This document shows positions 9,770 to 22,514 of a stretch of 64,000 bases of DNA, piece by piece. The first letter of the stretch is position 1. Each line of letters starts with the position of its first letter. The notes beneath the pieces were generated by a model. That model did not search any database. It had not been told where the DNA came from and saw nothing but the letters and a program-made list of their open reading frames with translations. A program made the position numbers and the translations under genes. The stretch comes from an uncultured Verrucomicrobiae bacterium (GTDB lineage Bacteria; Verrucomicrobiota; Verrucomicrobiia; Chthoniobacterales; UBA10450), in the NCBI GenBank assembly GCA_963772365.1, contig CAVYXA010000003.1, forward strand, positions 608,001-672,000, written 5' to 3'.

Positions 9770-11617
9770 ATGTGCGGGCGTAACCAACGTAGTTGTCTTT
9801 CAGTTTGCATTCTGCTGTTGCTGTCGATTTTTCTTTCGCGGCAAGCGTGGGCGGATTCACCGAGCGTCACGGCTGTATTGGGCAATTCGGAGGTGGAAGT
9901 TGGGCAAACCGTTCGGCTGCAGATTCGGGTGACGGGCGGGCACAACGTGGATGCGCCGGACCAGATCGCCGTGGATGGACTCGAAATAAGCCGTACCGGC
10001 ACATCGCAAAATTTTGAAATGAACAATTTTACCGTCACTTCGAGCGTGACCTACGAGTACACGGTTCTTCCACTTAGAGAGGGCACATTTAAGATTCCGC
10101 CGCAAACAATTCGGGTCGCCGGGAAATCGCTTCAGACTCCCGAACTCACGCTGCACGTCATCAATTCGGCCAATTCAAATGCTCGCTCGGGACAGGCGAG
10201 AAAGGCAGAGCCGCAGCGAGCGGCCGCTGGAAAACTTGCCTTTGCAGAATTGATAGTGCCTAAGCAAAGCTCCTTTGTCGGAGAGATGGTGCCCGTTCAG
10301 ATTCGGCTCGGATTCGAGGCCCGATCTCAGCCGCGTTTGATCGATGGTCCGGAAATAACCGGCCAGGGATTCACTGCGCAGAAACTTCAACAATCCGGAG
10401 AGCGACTCGAAACCATTGACGGCAGGACGTACTCGGTGGTGACATTTAAATCCGCGATTGCCGCCGCTCGAGCCGGCAAACTTGAAATTGGTCCGGTGAA
10501 AGCGAGAGCGCAGATTTTTGTGCCGCGACGATCGCGGCCGCAACAGCGGGGACGTTCGCCTTTCGACATTTTTGATTTGAACGATCCCTTTTCCGATCCG
10601 TTCTTCAGCGATCCGTTCGGTCAAATGAGGGAGCGACGGGAAGTACAAGTGCAAAGTGAGCCGGTCAGCTTTGAAGTAAAGCCGCTGCCGCCAAACGCGC
10701 CGCCGCAATTCTCCGGAGCAATTGGTAATTTCACGATGAACACAGAAGCCAAACCGACGAATCTACAGGTTGGGGACCCGATTACCGTAACATCGACAAT
10801 TACCGGTCGCGGCAACTTCGATCGTGCGAATGCTCCAGTCCTGCAAGATCAGCAGGGTTGGCACGAGTATCCGCCATCGGCGAAATTCAACCAGGATGAC
10901 GACGTCGGAATCAGCGGGACGAAGAGTTTCGAAATGGTCATTTCGCCCAACGAAAAGAAAAAGGCGATTCCGCCTTTGGTCTTCGCCTATTTCGATCCAG
11001 CAAAGGGAGATTATGTGACGCTGCGAAGCGATCCGGTGCCGATCAATGTGGAGGGAGGCTCAGCCAGTGTTGCGGCGGTTCAACCTGCCTCGCCTGCAGC
11101 GCCCGTTCCGGAACAAAAGCCAGCCGATATTCTGTATCAACTGAACGACTTTGGTCGCGCGCGATCCTTCACTCCTCTTTATATGCAACCTGTTTTTTGG
11201 GCGGCTCAGATTGTTCCTTTGATCGGGTTGCTCGGGTTCGCCGGCTGGCGAATTCGACAAAATAAGATCGACAATCGCGAAGCGCGACGGATCGCGACGC
11301 TGGAGAACGAAGCGGCACAACTGATGAGGAGCTTGCGGCGAGGGGATTCGTCGCCGCAGGAATATTACGCCGACGCGTCTCGAATGGTGCGGATCAAGAC
11401 AGCGCTTGCCGCGCGCGACAAGGCGATTAATCCCAATGTCGTCGATTTTGAGATGGCGGCAGCGACGTTTCAGATCGATCCCGATTTACACGAGCGGCTT
11501 CGGCAATTGTTTGAGCGCAGCGACGAATTGCAATACAGCGGTGCCCCAAACGGTGCGGAAAACGTTTCGCGAGAAAACCGGAAAGAAATTTTGGAATTGA
11601 TCGAGCACTTGAAATGA
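9770..11617 (+). CDS. BatD family protein
   Basis: Signal peptide, FSGAIGNF, VGDPIT, GRGN, YFDP motifs, C-terminal TM; operon context. Confidence 0.8.
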   Translation: MCGRNQRSCLSVCILLLLSIFLSRQAWADSPSVTAVLGNSEVEVGQTVRLQIRVTGGHNVDAPDQIAVDGLEISRTGTSQNFEMNNFTVTSSVTYEYTVLPLREGTFKIPPQTIRVAGKSLQTPELTLHVINSANSNARSGQARKAEPQRAAAGKLAFAELIVPKQSSFVGEMVPVQIRLGFEARSQPRLIDGPEITGQGFTAQKLQQSGERLETIDGRTYSVVTFKSAIAAARAGKLEIGPVKARAQIFVPRRSRPQQRGRSPFDIFDLNDPFSDPFFSDPFGQMRERREVQVQSEPVSFEVKPLPPNAPPQFSGAIGNFTMNTEAKPTNLQVGDPITVTSTITGRGNFDRANAPVLQDQQGWHEYPPSAKFNQDDDVGISGTKSFEMVISPNEKKKAIPPLVFAYFDPAKGDYVTLRSDPVPINVEGGSASVAAVQPASPAAPVPEQKPADILYQLNDFGRARSFTPLYMQPVFWAAQIVPLIGLLGFAGWRIRQNKIDNREARRIATLENEAAQLMRSLRRGDSSPQEYYADASRMVRIKTALAARDKAINPNVVDFEMAAATFQIDPDLHERLRQLFERSDELQYSGAPNGAENVSRENRKEILELIEHLK

Positions 11618-12355
11618 AACGAAGGCTCATCCCTTTCTTCTGCGTCGTCCTTGGAGCTGCGGTGGTTTCGTCCGCGCGAGCACAACCCGAGACCCAATTT
11701 GCAAAAGCGAAGCAAGCGTATGCGCAGGGCCATTTCAAAGAGGCGATCGAAAGTTATGAAGAGATAGTCCGCTCGGGAAAATTCAGCGCAAACCTGTTCT
11801 ATGACCTTGGGAACGCTGTACTTTCGAACCGGAGGATTTGGCCGCGCCATCTTGAATTACGAGCGTGCGCTGGCTCTGGATCGACAACATCCGGAAAGCC
11901 GGGCGAATTTGCAGATCGTGCAGGATGAAGCGGGAGCTTTGGAAATGCAGCCCGACTGGATCGATCGCCAGCTTCATTTTGCCAGCGTCGAGCAACTGAG
12001 CATCACGGCGGCGGTTTCGATTTGGATAGGAATTTTTTGCATCGCGGTCAGGATGCTGGCGAGACGTCGGCGGGCCGGCATGATGGCGATGTCGATCTTG
12101 TCGTTGGTGATTTCCGTATTGGCGGCCTTTGCCATTTACAGGATCGAGAGCGGCAGGCGCGGAATGGCGATTGTCATCAGCCAAAAAGTCGAAGCGCGAC
12201 TGGCAACGGCCGACAACGCCGGCAGCGTCCTTGCTTTGCCGGCGGGAAGTGAAATCAAGATTCTGAGCCGGCGCGGTGATTGGATTTACACGGAACTTCC
12301 GAATAATCTGCGTGGCTGGATTCCCGCGAGCGATGCGGAGCAGATCCGCCTGTAA
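11614..12355 (+). CDS. BatE-like TPR + SH3 protein (frameshift near 11815)
   Basis: LFYDLGNA in one frame continues as YFRTG..GRAILNYERAL in another; ends GWIP. Confidence 0.75.
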
Positions 12356-12420
12356 ATCGCAGCAGTCGATCTCAGTTGCACGCGTTTGCCACAGATGCGC
12401 GGTGCCGGTAGAGAAATTGT

Positions 12421-13839
12421 ATGAACGCCGAGATGCAGGCGGCCACCGATCGGAAGGCGATCCAGATTAACCTCGATCCGGCCAAGTACGGGACCTTCGC
12501 GGAGATTGGCGCGGGTCAGGAGGTGGCGCGACGTTTTTTCCACGTGGGCGGAGCAGCGGGAACCGTGGCCAAGACGATGTCGGCCTACGACATGACCTTC
12601 AGCGATGCAATTTATGGTCCAGCCGATCGATATGTGAGCCGCGTCCGGTTGAGGACGATGCTCGATCATGAGTACAAACTGTTGATTGAACGGCTAGGCG
12701 CAAAGTACGGCGATGAACGCACGTTTTTCGCTTTTGCCGATACAGTTGCTGCGCGCAGTTTCAAACATCTCAACGAATCGCATGGCTGGCTGGGTGTCCG
12801 GTTTCAATCCGAACCGCGTAGTGAACCGAGCGAGGTGATCGCTCATGTGCGAATGCTCGATCGAGAGAATGTCGATCAGCAGGAAGCGCTTGGCATCATC
12901 GGGGTGAATCTGGTTTACGGCGCGTTCTACCATCGACAACCCGAGCGCCTGATCTCATCCCTTCCGGAGAATCTCGCCCCGGGTCGCATTCAGGTAGACA
13001 TGATCAAGTTTTCCGGGCCAGCCTTCGAGGGTGTGGACAATCGATTGATGAGTTTGCAGCTGGTCAGTCAGGGATTGACCGACGCAGTGATGTTCACAGC
13101 CGATGGCGAAACCGTGCAACCGGCTGAAGTCTTTTACAAAAAAGCCATTCTGGTCGAGCGCGGCAGCTTTCCGGCCGGTGACCTACGCCACCAACGACAT
13201 GCTCGATGGAGCGCGCCGAATGTTTCTCAAGCAATCAAATTGTGCTGAGAAGGAGCTGGTGGTGCTCATGGAAATGACTCTGGAAAATTTGCTGGCCGAA
13301 GGCCAGCTCAATCATGCCGATTTTCTAGCGCGCGTGGATATTTTGGGCGCGCTGGGGCGGACCGTGCTGATATCGAAATTCGGCGAGTATTATCGGCTGG
13401 CGGGCTATCTCTCGCGTTACACGAACCGCATGATCGGCCTCGTCATGGGTGTTCCGAGTTTGATGGAGATTTTCGACGAGAAATATTATCTCAACCTGGA
13501 AGGCGGGATACTGGAAGCGCTGGGACGTATGTTTAAAGGCGGATTGAAACTCTTCGTATATCCGATGATCGACGATAAGACAGGCGACATCGTTACCGCT
13601 AAGCAGTTGAAAGTCGCGCCGAATCTGCGGGCTTTGTTTCATTACTTGATCGACAATCGCTACATCGAAGAAATCGTCGATTATCTCCCCAAAGTATCTG
13701 CGGATTCATCCGCCCGAGGCCCTGGCAAAACTACAGTCAGGCGACAGTTCGTGGGAGCAAATGGTCCCGCCAGAGGTCGCCCAAATTATCAGGAAGCGGC
13801 GATTTTTTTGGATATCGGTCGCCGGTACGGCCTCATTAG
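12421..13839 (+). CDS. conserved nicotinate-nucleotide adenylyltransferase-like protein (several frameshifts)
   Basis: YGTFAEIGAGQEVAR, KTMSAYDM, LVERGSF/RPVT joined across frames; end approximate. Confidence 0.65.
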
Positions 13840-13930
13840 CAGTCCAAGTGCTTGTTTCGGCGGGAGCTACGACCTGTTCGCCACAAAAAGAGAGTGTCGG
13901 CACGATTTCCGCTACAGTGACTCCCGCACC

Positions 13931-15026
13931 ATGGCTAAACGCGCAGATTCTGTCATCGGCATCGACTTGGGCAAGCATGTATTCAAGGCTGTCACAATCC
14001 GGCGCAAGAGCGATTCGTGTCTGATTTTGACAAGTTTTGCCTCGCGGCAAGTGCCAGAGATATTTAGCCAGCGCCGAAGATTTGGGTCAGCGAATTGAAG
14101 CTCCTGCTTCGCGATGTCGGCAATGGCGCAAAAGCGTGTGCAATCGCGATTTCGGATCCGGGTGCGCTGATTCGCATTATCGAGCAGCCCGAAACGCCCA
14201 TTAACCTGCTTCGCAATGCTCTTCCGCTTTAATGGCCTGGCGGTGTTGAACCAGGAGTGCAAGGAGTTTGTTCTCGACGTGGCGCCTGTGCATGCGCGCC
14301 TGGCAAGACGAGCGATACTGGGAGAATGGTGGGAGCGGACGAAGGATCGACAGCATTCGCAGTGCAAACCCAAGTAGGGATCACAACCAAGTATCTCGTC
14401 GGAGGGGATCTGCGGGAGACCGTTAAGCAAGTCTCGGAAGCCGTGAGCAAGACGCGCGATCTCAGCCGGAAATTATCCAGCTCGCGCCTGTCTGCTCTTT
14501 CAATGCGTTTGAATTCGCTTACCCCGAAATTTTCAACCACGAGCCGTTTCTGCTTCTCGACATGGGGCATTTGCAGAGCACCGTGCTGGTGGGAAACAAA
14601 GGTGAGCTTGTGCTTGTGCGCAGCATTGATTACGGCGGGAAAGACTTGACCGAAGCGATGACAGCCGAGAAGGTCGGTCCAGTAAGATGCAGCCTGGGCG
14701 ATGATTCATCAGCAGGACGAAGACGATGATGGAGATTTGCCGAAATTCACTGGCGCGATCTGGCGGTGGAAGTGCGGAATTCCATTGGCTTTTTCGAGGG
14801 CCAACGAGAAGAAAGCATCAGCCGAATTTTTGTTTCCGGAGGTCTGGCCCGAGTAGGAAGCCATCTTGCAGACCTTGAGCGACGAGCTGGGTTTGCCATG
14901 CGAGATCTGGGATCCGTTGGAGACATGCGAGGTGGTGTTGCCGCGGAAAAACGACAGGCATTGCCGGACCAGTTTGTTTCTCTCAATGTCGCCTGCGGGG
15001 CGGCTTTCGAATATCTCAGAAATTAG
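13931..15026 (+). CDS. PilM-like actin-fold pilus assembly protein (multiple frameshifts)
   Basis: VIGIDLG N-terminus; EVRNSIGFFEGQ, IFVSGG, CEIWDP, VACGAA C-terminus. Confidence 0.7.
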
Positions 15027-15032
15027 CGATCG

Positions 15033-15960
15033 ATGGCATTACAACTCAACCTCCTGCACGAGGAGATTCTGCAAGAACGACAGCGCCAGCGCGATCCATT
15101 AAAGATCGGAATTTTTGTGTTGATCTGCCGCGGCTGGGTTGCTCGTTCTCTACTACACATGGACCGCGTATCGCACACTGGAAACGAAGAGCCGGCTCGC
15201 CTCCTTCAATCGCGAGTGGGCCAAAGTTGAGCCCGAAGTTACCGCTGCGCAAAGGCGAACCCAAGAATCCGAACGATGTCATCAAAACTACCACATGTTT
15301 TGGATAAACTACATCGACAATCGGTTTTTTTGGGGGCCGTTTTTGGGGAAGTTTCGGCCGGATGCGTCGCTCCGAACACACAATTGATCAATGACGCGGC
15401 ACGGTTTGACGGAAAACAAAGTGGATTCAGATGACGATCGAGGGCTCGCTGCGGGTAAAGAACCCCGATCGGTGGCGGAGGATTTTCGTCAGATGCTGAT
15501 CGAACAGCTCACTCGCAATTCGCTGGGCATCGACGTGGCAGGGACAGCATCGGAGGGTAGCGAACTCTGAAAAAGAGCCCGTAGTGGTCGATGGAGTCGT
15601 CCTCGATCGCCCGGCAGCGGAAGCGGGACTAAAAAAAGGCGACGTGATTCGTAAGTTCGACGGACATGAGGTGAAAAATTTAGTCGATCTTCTCGGCCTG
15701 GTTCGGCAGAGTCGGAGCTGGACAAAAATCATTCCGCTCGAGATGTTACGGAATCGAAGTCCGTTGCGGGTAAGGGCGCAAATCAACGAATGGCAGCCTG
15801 ACTACTCTGACGTAACGGTCGAATTCAAATCGCTGGAGGACGTGGATCAGATCGTGATGGTCGCGGGGCACACACCTGGCCATGGCGCATTACACACTAA
15901 AGATCGAAACTAAAGCCAAACTTCGCCAGACCGACATGGCCCCGGCCACGGCGGGACCAG
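15033..15960 (+). CDS. PilN-like membrane protein with internal PDZ domain (frameshifted)
   Basis: LNLL + TM after pilM; PAAEAGLKKGDVI PDZ motif in ORF 15584..15913; end approximate. Confidence 0.5.
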
Positions 15961-15965
15961 AAAAA

Positions 15966-16545
15966 ATGAACAAGCATTTCAAAACTCTCAAAAGATGATA
16001 TCCAAAAGCTCGCGCTCAGCTTATCGGCCTGCTGTTTCTCCTTTACGTCTATTTCACTTTCTTTCTCGGCCCGTTAAACCGAAGTCGTCAAAGTGCGTTG
16101 GCCGAGATCAAGAATCACAATCGAAACTGATAATTCGGCGGGAGGAAATCAGCAAGGTGGCGGAGCTGGAACAAGCCGGCAAAAAACTCAGCGACACGCT
16201 TTGCCACGTTGAAGCGATTCAGCCCGAAGGAGCGCCTTCGCGTGGTTTCCTCCCCGAATAAAAACATTTTTTGCCAACCAGGGCATCGACAAAGCTGTCG
16301 ACTCGCCTCGAAACAGTGCCCAGTCCCTTGGCCGAGGCGGAGCTTTCCGGTTGGGCAAAATACAATTGGATCGATCGAACTTCCCCAAACCGACTATGCG
16401 GCGCTCGGGCGAGCCATGGCTGAACTGGAGAACACCGAGCCGCTGCTTACCGATCAGAAAGATCAATATCAGCATCAATCAGGAAAACCCGCAGTTTCAG
16501 AAAGTCGAGTTATCTGCAACGAACATCATCGCGGAGAAAAGATGA
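15966..16545 (+). CDS. PilO-like protein (frameshifted)
   Basis: Position after pilN-like gene; TM then ...DYAALGRAMAELENTEPLL fragment. Confidence 0.4.
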
Positions 16546-16944
16546 AAAGATACATATCTCTTATTATCACCATTTTCGTTCCGCTTGTTTGCGTGCTGGC
16601 CAATCAACCCGCCACTATTGAGCTTAAAAATAAGTCGAGCTTCAAAATGCCCGGCGATCGAAACCCATTTTGGCCGATCGGGTGGAAACCTGCCGGAACC
16701 GCCGAGCTCGGAGATCAAGCTGCCTCAGATATTCCATCCTACGCCTTGCGTGGTTAGCTCAATTACCATCGAAAACAAAGGTCGCTTTGCCATCATCAAC
16801 GGCAAGATCATTCAAGAAGGCCAGCAGTTTGGGTTGCAAATGGGAAGCTCGACTTATCAACTCACCTTGAAGTCAATCGAGGATGGTCGCGTTATTCTCC
16901 GCCGACACGATCACGATATCGTGGTTCCATTGCGCCGAAAGTAA
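16542..16944 (+). CDS. hypothetical exported protein, PilP-like position (one frameshift)
   Basis: Signal peptide MKRYISLII, RNPFWP, FAIINGKII. Confidence 0.5.
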
Positions 16945-19000
16945 TCCGGCGTCTAAGAGCTAACGGCGGCTCGGCAGTACCGACCGGCACAAAATCCGTC
17001 TCTCGTAACGTCAGCGGCTCGCTTCCACGAAGCAGTTGCCACCACTGCACGGCCGAACCGAGAACGATTAGAAATACAAGCACAAGGAAAAATCCGGCGA
17101 CTACTGCATCAAACCGCCACACACCGGCCTGTCGGACCATGGCAGCAGCCCGGTTTGGATCGACAATTCCTGCAGCCTGGTCCAAAAGCGATTGCGCGCC
17201 ACTCAGAAAGCCGAGCTTGGGATCGGCTGAGGAAATTTTGATATAGCCAGTGGAAAAGGTAACTGCGCACATGAAGATGAGCGGTAGAACCGTGATGAAT
17301 GCATAGCGGCTCTTTTGCATCTTGATCAGGATTGTGGTGCAGAGACAAAGAGCGACGACGGATAGCAGTTGATTCGCCAGACCGAACAGCGGCCAAAGCG
17401 TGTTGATACCGCCGAGTGGATCGACCACGCCTTGATACAGGAACCAACCCCAGGCCGCGACCAGAATCGCGCTGGTCAGTGAATTCGATGTCCAGGATTG
17501 CGTATTACCAAGGGGACGCCAAAGATTGCCTAGCAAGTCCTGAAGCAGAAACCGTCCGACACGGGTCCCCGCATCGAGTGTGGTCAAAATGAACAGCGCT
17601 TCAAACATGATGGCGAAGTGATACCACAACGCCAGTGCCGTCGGACTGGACGAGACGCGGGCAAACATATGCGCCATTCCAACCGCGAAAGTAGGGGCTC
17701 CGCCCGCGCGATTAAACATCGTGTCCTCGCCGAGCTGATGCGCCAGATCGGTCATTTGTTGTTCCGTGACCGGGAAACCATGCGCAGTGACACGAGCGAC
17801 CACTTCCGCGGGAGCGCCCTTTGAATTGATCGCAAAATACTCGCCTGGAACCAGCACACATGCGGCGATCATCGCCATCAGCGCAACCATCATCTCGGTA
17901 ACCATTGCTCCATATCCGATGTCTCGGATCCGCGATTCGCGCCCGAGCATTTTCGGTGTTGTGCCTGATGCGATGAGGGAATGGAATCCTGAGACTGCTC
18001 CACAGGCGATCGTGATGCAGACAAAAGGAAAAACCGGTCCGGCAAAAACCAGTCCCGTACCATCGACAAATTTTGTGATCGCGGGCATTTGCAAGGTGGG
18101 ATGGATCAGAATGACTGCAATAGCGAGCGCGGCGACAGTTCCCAGTTTCAGAAATGTGCTCAAATAATCGCGAGGCGTGAGCAGCATCCAAACCGGTAGG
18201 ATCGATGCCGCCAGGCCGTAACCCATCATGGCCCAGGCGAGCCAGATCGCATCACGACGAAACCAGCTTTCGATCATCGGAAAGTGTCCGAGAAATTGCC
18301 CACCCCAAACTCCAAAGGCCAACCCGAGCAAACCGAAAATCGTTATCGCTGTCACGCTCACTTTGCCACTTCGCAATCCGGCACCCATGATGAGCGCGAC
18401 CGGGATTGTCGTCGCGATTGTGAATACGCCCCATGGACTCTTGGCCAGCGCTTGCACGACAACGAGCGCGAGCACAGCCAAAAGAATAATCATGATCGCG
18501 AGCACGCTGATCAGCGCGAGAATGCCGACACTCGGTCCGATCTCTTCCTTCACCATTTGGCCAAGCGTTTTTCCGCCGCGTCGGACTGAAGCGAAAAGGA
18601 TAATCATATCGTGGACCGCGCCGCCGAGTGTTGCGCCGATCAATATCCAGAGGGTGCCTGGGAGAAATCCAAATTGTGCCGCCAGCACGGGGCCGACCAA
18701 TGGCCCCGGTCCGGCAATCGCGGCAAAATGATGTCCAAACACCATCCATCGATTCGTAGGCACGAAATCTTTGCCGTCGTTTCTCACAACCGCAGGCGTT
18801 GCGCGTTCGTCGTTGAGAACGAGCACCTTTGTCGCAAGCCACTTGCTGTAAAAGCGGTAGCTAATCGCCGCCGCGCATAATCCGGCCACAACAATCCACA
18901 ATGCGCTGATCTGTTCTCCGCGTGACAGCGCCAAAATAGCGACTGCCGCCAGGCCCAAAAGAGTAACGAGAATCCAAAGCAACTTCTTCCACGTGCTCAT
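16892..19000 (-). CDS. cstA: carbon starvation protein CstA family transporter
   Basis: FGHHFAAIAGPGPLVGP, ITIACGAVSGFHSLI, WPLFGLANQLL. Confidence 0.95.
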   Translation of the reverse strand: MSTWKKLLWILVTLLGLAAVAILALSRGEQISALWIVVAGLCAAAISYRFYSKWLATKVLVLNDERATPAVVRNDGKDFVPTNRWMVFGHHFAAIAGPGPLVGPVLAAQFGFLPGTLWILIGATLGGAVHDMIILFASVRRGGKTLGQMVKEEIGPSVGILALISVLAIMIILLAVLALVVVQALAKSPWGVFTIATTIPVALIMGAGLRSGKVSVTAITIFGLLGLAFGVWGGQFLGHFPMIESWFRRDAIWLAWAMMGYGLAASILPVWMLLTPRDYLSTFLKLGTVAALAIAVILIHPTLQMPAITKFVDGTGLVFAGPVFPFVCITIACGAVSGFHSLIASGTTPKMLGRESRIRDIGYGAMVTEMMVALMAMIAACVLVPGEYFAINSKGAPAEVVARVTAHGFPVTEQQMTDLAHQLGEDTMFNRAGGAPTFAVGMAHMFARVSSSPTALALWYHFAIMFEALFILTTLDAGTRVGRFLLQDLLGNLWRPLGNTQSWTSNSLTSAILVAAWGWFLYQGVVDPLGGINTLWPLFGLANQLLSVVALCLCTTILIKMQKSRYAFITVLPLIFMCAVTFSTGYIKISSADPKLGFLSGAQSLLDQAAGIVDPNRAAAMVRQAGVWRFDAVVAGFFLVLVFLIVLGSAVQWWQLLRGSEPLTLRETDFVPVGTAEPPLALRRRITFGAMEPRYRDRVGGE

Positions 19001-19016
19001 TCGGGCCTCAGTTTAA

Positions 19017-19799
19017 TTGAATTTGCGATCCAACGCCAGAACATGCGATGTATTCGAAGTGAGATTCAGCGACAAGCTCAGGAAAATTTTGAATGGACAG
19101 GGCTGGACCAGTGCCCGGCTTCATACCCGAAGACTCATTCATCAGTCACGTTTTCCACTCCGGACAAATCGCATTATAGAATCGATGGATCGCGAACGGC
19201 TCGAACAGATCCGGCGCCGTTATGCTGTGGAGGGACGAACGCCGGGCTGGCCGAAATATCTTCATTTGAATCGTTGGATCGACATCAACGTCCGTCGTAT
19301 TCGGGAGCTCGAGATCGATCTTTCTCCCCCCATACGCATCCTCGATCTCGGGTGCGGCGCTGGATATTTTCTCTATATCTGTCGATTGCTTGGCCATGAT
19401 GTGCTCGGGCTGGATTTGGGAGACGTGCCGATGTTCTCTGAGATCACCAAGTTGCTCGGGGTTAAACGTGTCATCTCCCGGATCGACCGATTCGTTCCGC
19501 TTCCCGACATGGGAGAGAAGTTCGATTTGATCACAGGGTTTCTGATTTGTTTCAACGAGCACAAAAGAGCGGATCTCTGGGGAGTGACGGAATGGGACTT
19601 CTTTCTTGATGATCTGGCCAAACATCTCACTCCGACTGGCCAGGTCTGGCTGGAATTGAACCGTGAATATGACGGATCTTTTTACACGCCGGAACTCAGG
19701 GAGTTCTTTTTGAAACGTGGGGCAACGATCGCTGAGCGCAAAATCAGGTTTAGCTCAGGCCTTTGCGCGCTTGCTTCAGCTTTGCCAATTGCTCGGTAA
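19017..19799 (+). CDS. class I SAM-dependent methyltransferase (start uncertain)
   Basis: ILDLGCGAG motif I, FDLI. Confidence 0.8.
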   Translation: MNLRSNARTCDVFEVRFSDKLRKILNGQGWTSARLHTRRLIHQSRFPLRTNRIIESMDRERLEQIRRRYAVEGRTPGWPKYLHLNRWIDINVRRIRELEIDLSPPIRILDLGCGAGYFLYICRLLGHDVLGLDLGDVPMFSEITKLLGVKRVISRIDRFVPLPDMGEKFDLITGFLICFNEHKRADLWGVTEWDFFLDDLAKHLTPTGQVWLELNREYDGSFYTPELREFFLKRGATIAERKIRFSSGLCALASALPIAR

Positions 19800-22372
19800 A
19801 ATTGCTCTGCCGTTGTCGATGTTCCTCAACAACGTTCGCGGGTGCGCGGTCCACGAACGATTTGTTAGCCAATTTCGTTTCCACAGCCTGAAGTTCCGCT
19901 TCAACTCGCGCGATCTCTTTATCGAGCCGATCGCGCTCGACTGCCCGATCCGAATCGCTGATGCAGAGGAAAAGATCGCCCAGCGTTGTCATGGCAACTG
20001 GCAGGCCGATTCCGGATTGAAATTGTCGATCTAATTTTACTTCCTCGGCGTTGAGCAATCGCGCAAGAGTTGGCAGTTCTGCCGAGATGTTCTCGTTTTC
20101 CGAGCGCAAAACGAATCGCGCCTTTTTGTTCGACGGAATTTTTGCTTCCGCCCGCAAGTTTCGGCCCGCCTGCACCGCGTCGTAGATGGCGCCGACGAGC
20201 TTTCGCTTTTCAGCAAGATCGACATCTTGCAATGCGATTTTTCCAGGCAGCGGCGCGAACTGAATCGACTCGGTCCCGAAGCCGAGCAACGACCAGAGCT
20301 CTTCGGTGATGTGCGGCATGAATGGATGCAGCAGGCGAACCACCGCTGACAAAACGTGATCCATCACCGCCAGAGTCGATTTCTTCCGCGTTTCCTCGTG
20401 GCCGAAAATGTCTGTCTTGGCGGATTCGACGAACCAATCGCAATAATCGCTCCAGACAAAATCGTATAATCGTTGCGCGACTGTATTGAATTGATATTCG
20501 CGGTACGCCGTCTCGATCGCCTCGATCGTTTCATTCAACCGCGCCAGCACCTCGACCGCGTAGATCGACAAGAGCTTTAATTCGATCTGAAGCACATTTT
20601 CGCTTGGCCCCTGCATTTGGCGGAACCGGGCGACATTCCACAATTTGGTGGCAAAATTGCGACCTTCCTCGATCTGTTTTTCATCGAATCGAATGTCCTG
20701 CCCGCTCGGTGCGATTCGCATCAAACCGAAACGCAAACCGTCCGCACCGTATTTGTCGATCAAGTCTAATGGGTCCGGCGAATTGCCCAGCGATTTCGAC
20801 ATCTTTCGCCCCTGTGTGTCGCGAATTAGTCCGGTAAAGAACACATTGTGGAACGGGATGTTATCCTCGACGCGATCCGATTTTCCCGGCTTGAACTCAA
20901 GCCCCGCAATAATCATCCGCGCGACCCAGAAGAAAATAATATCAGGGGCGGTGACGAGAACGCTGATCGGATAAAATTTTCTCCTGGTTTCTTCATTCAT
21001 CGTCTCATAAGCCCAGAGCCAGGACGAAAACCAGGTGTCGAGTGTATCTTCGTCTTGTGTCCAGTCCTCCGGATCCGATGGCGGTTCAACGCCAACGTAG
21101 ATTTCGGATTTTTTTGTACCACGCTGGTATGCGATGTCCCCACCACACCTGCCGGCTGATGCACCAATCACGAATATTTTCCAGCCATTGGGCGTAAACC
21201 TTTTCCCAGTGAGCGGGAAAGAAACGGATCAGATGATCGCGAACGACAGCGAGTGCTTCTTTCGTCTTTGGATAACGCAGAAACCATTGTTCGCTCAGGC
21301 GCGGCTCAATTGGGACATCGCTGCGATCGCTGAATCCCACGTTGTTCTCGTACGGCTCGGCTTTCGCGAGCAGATCGCGCTCGTTCAATAGGTCGCCAGC
21401 TTTTTTGCGCGCCTCAAAGCGATCGAGTCCGTGCAATTCGGGAACGCTCGGGCAATCGATTCGTCCATCGGGCGTCAGAACATCGACAATCGGCAAGTTG
21501 TGCCGCTGGCCGATTTCAAAATCCACAGTGTCATGCGCGGGCGTGACCTTTAAAACTCCAGTGCCGAATTCGGGATCGATCGCCTGGTCCGTGATGATCG
21601 GAATCTTTTCGCGAGCCAGTGGCCGCCAGGCGTGTTTGCCCGCAAGATCGACATAACGCTTGTCCCCAGGATGAAAGGCCATTGCCACGTCAGCCATGAT
21701 CGTCTCGGGCCGTGTCGTAGCGACTTCAAGAAAGCGTCCCGGTTTTTCGACAATTTCGTAGCGCACATAGTATAAATTTCCCTTCTGTGGCTTGGAAACG
21801 ACTTCTTCGTCAGAAACCGCCGTCTGCGCTGCGGGATCCCAGTTGATCATTCGCTTCCCGCGATAGATCAGCCCCTTGTTGTAAAGATCGACAAAAACCT
21901 TCTGGACGGCGCGAATGTAAGGCTCGTCAAACGTGTAACGCTGGCGCGACCAGTCGCACGAACAACCGAGTCGCTTGAGCTGTTCAATGATGATGCCGCC
22001 ATGTTTATCCTGCCATTCCAAAACCCGGCGCAGGAATTCTTCGCGACCAAGATCATGCCTCGTTTTCTTTTCCGTTCGTCGAAGAAATTTTTCTACCGCG
22101 GTCTGCGTCCCGATACCGGCGTGGTCCATTCCTGGCAGCCAGAGAACTTCGAATCCCTGCATCCGGGCGCGCCGCGCCAGGATGTCCTGGATTGTATTGT
22201 TGAGAACGTGACCGAGGGTGAGAACGCCCGTGATGTTCGGAGGCGGAATCACGATCGAAAACGCAGGCTTGCTCGAATTTGGATTGGCTACAAAGTCGCG
22301 ATTGTCGATCCAACGAGCGTACCATTTCGGTTCCACGCTTTTCGGATCGTAGGTTTTCGAAAGCTCAGCCAT
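19750..22372 (-). CDS. valS: valine--tRNA ligase (frameshift near 21130)
   Basis: PPPNITGVLTLGH, DWCISRQVWWGHRIP, KMSKS, C-terminal coiled coil. Confidence 0.95.
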
Positions 22373-22514
22373 CGCGCTTCAATCATCCAAAGGCTGTACC
22401 GGTTTGCAACCAAAGGTGAAACGCGATCTTCGAGCGCGTTGGCAAGCAGAGCGTCGAAGACGCCTAACTTTGGACAGGCAGATCAACAAATGGCGCCTTT
22501 GGCGATTCAATTGA

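Noticed and set aside
11614..16944. Dense frameshifts suggesting pseudogenisation or programmed frameshifting of batE, the adenylyltransferase-like gene and pilMNO
   Set aside because: The same 1-nt indels break essential or core genes (valS, dapL, parB, glgE) and cluster in patches, which fits long-read error; a read pileup is needed.
21086..21171. Split valS as a two-subunit enzyme
   Set aside because: The frames join cleanly at HRIPAWY/KKSEIYVG by a single indel.
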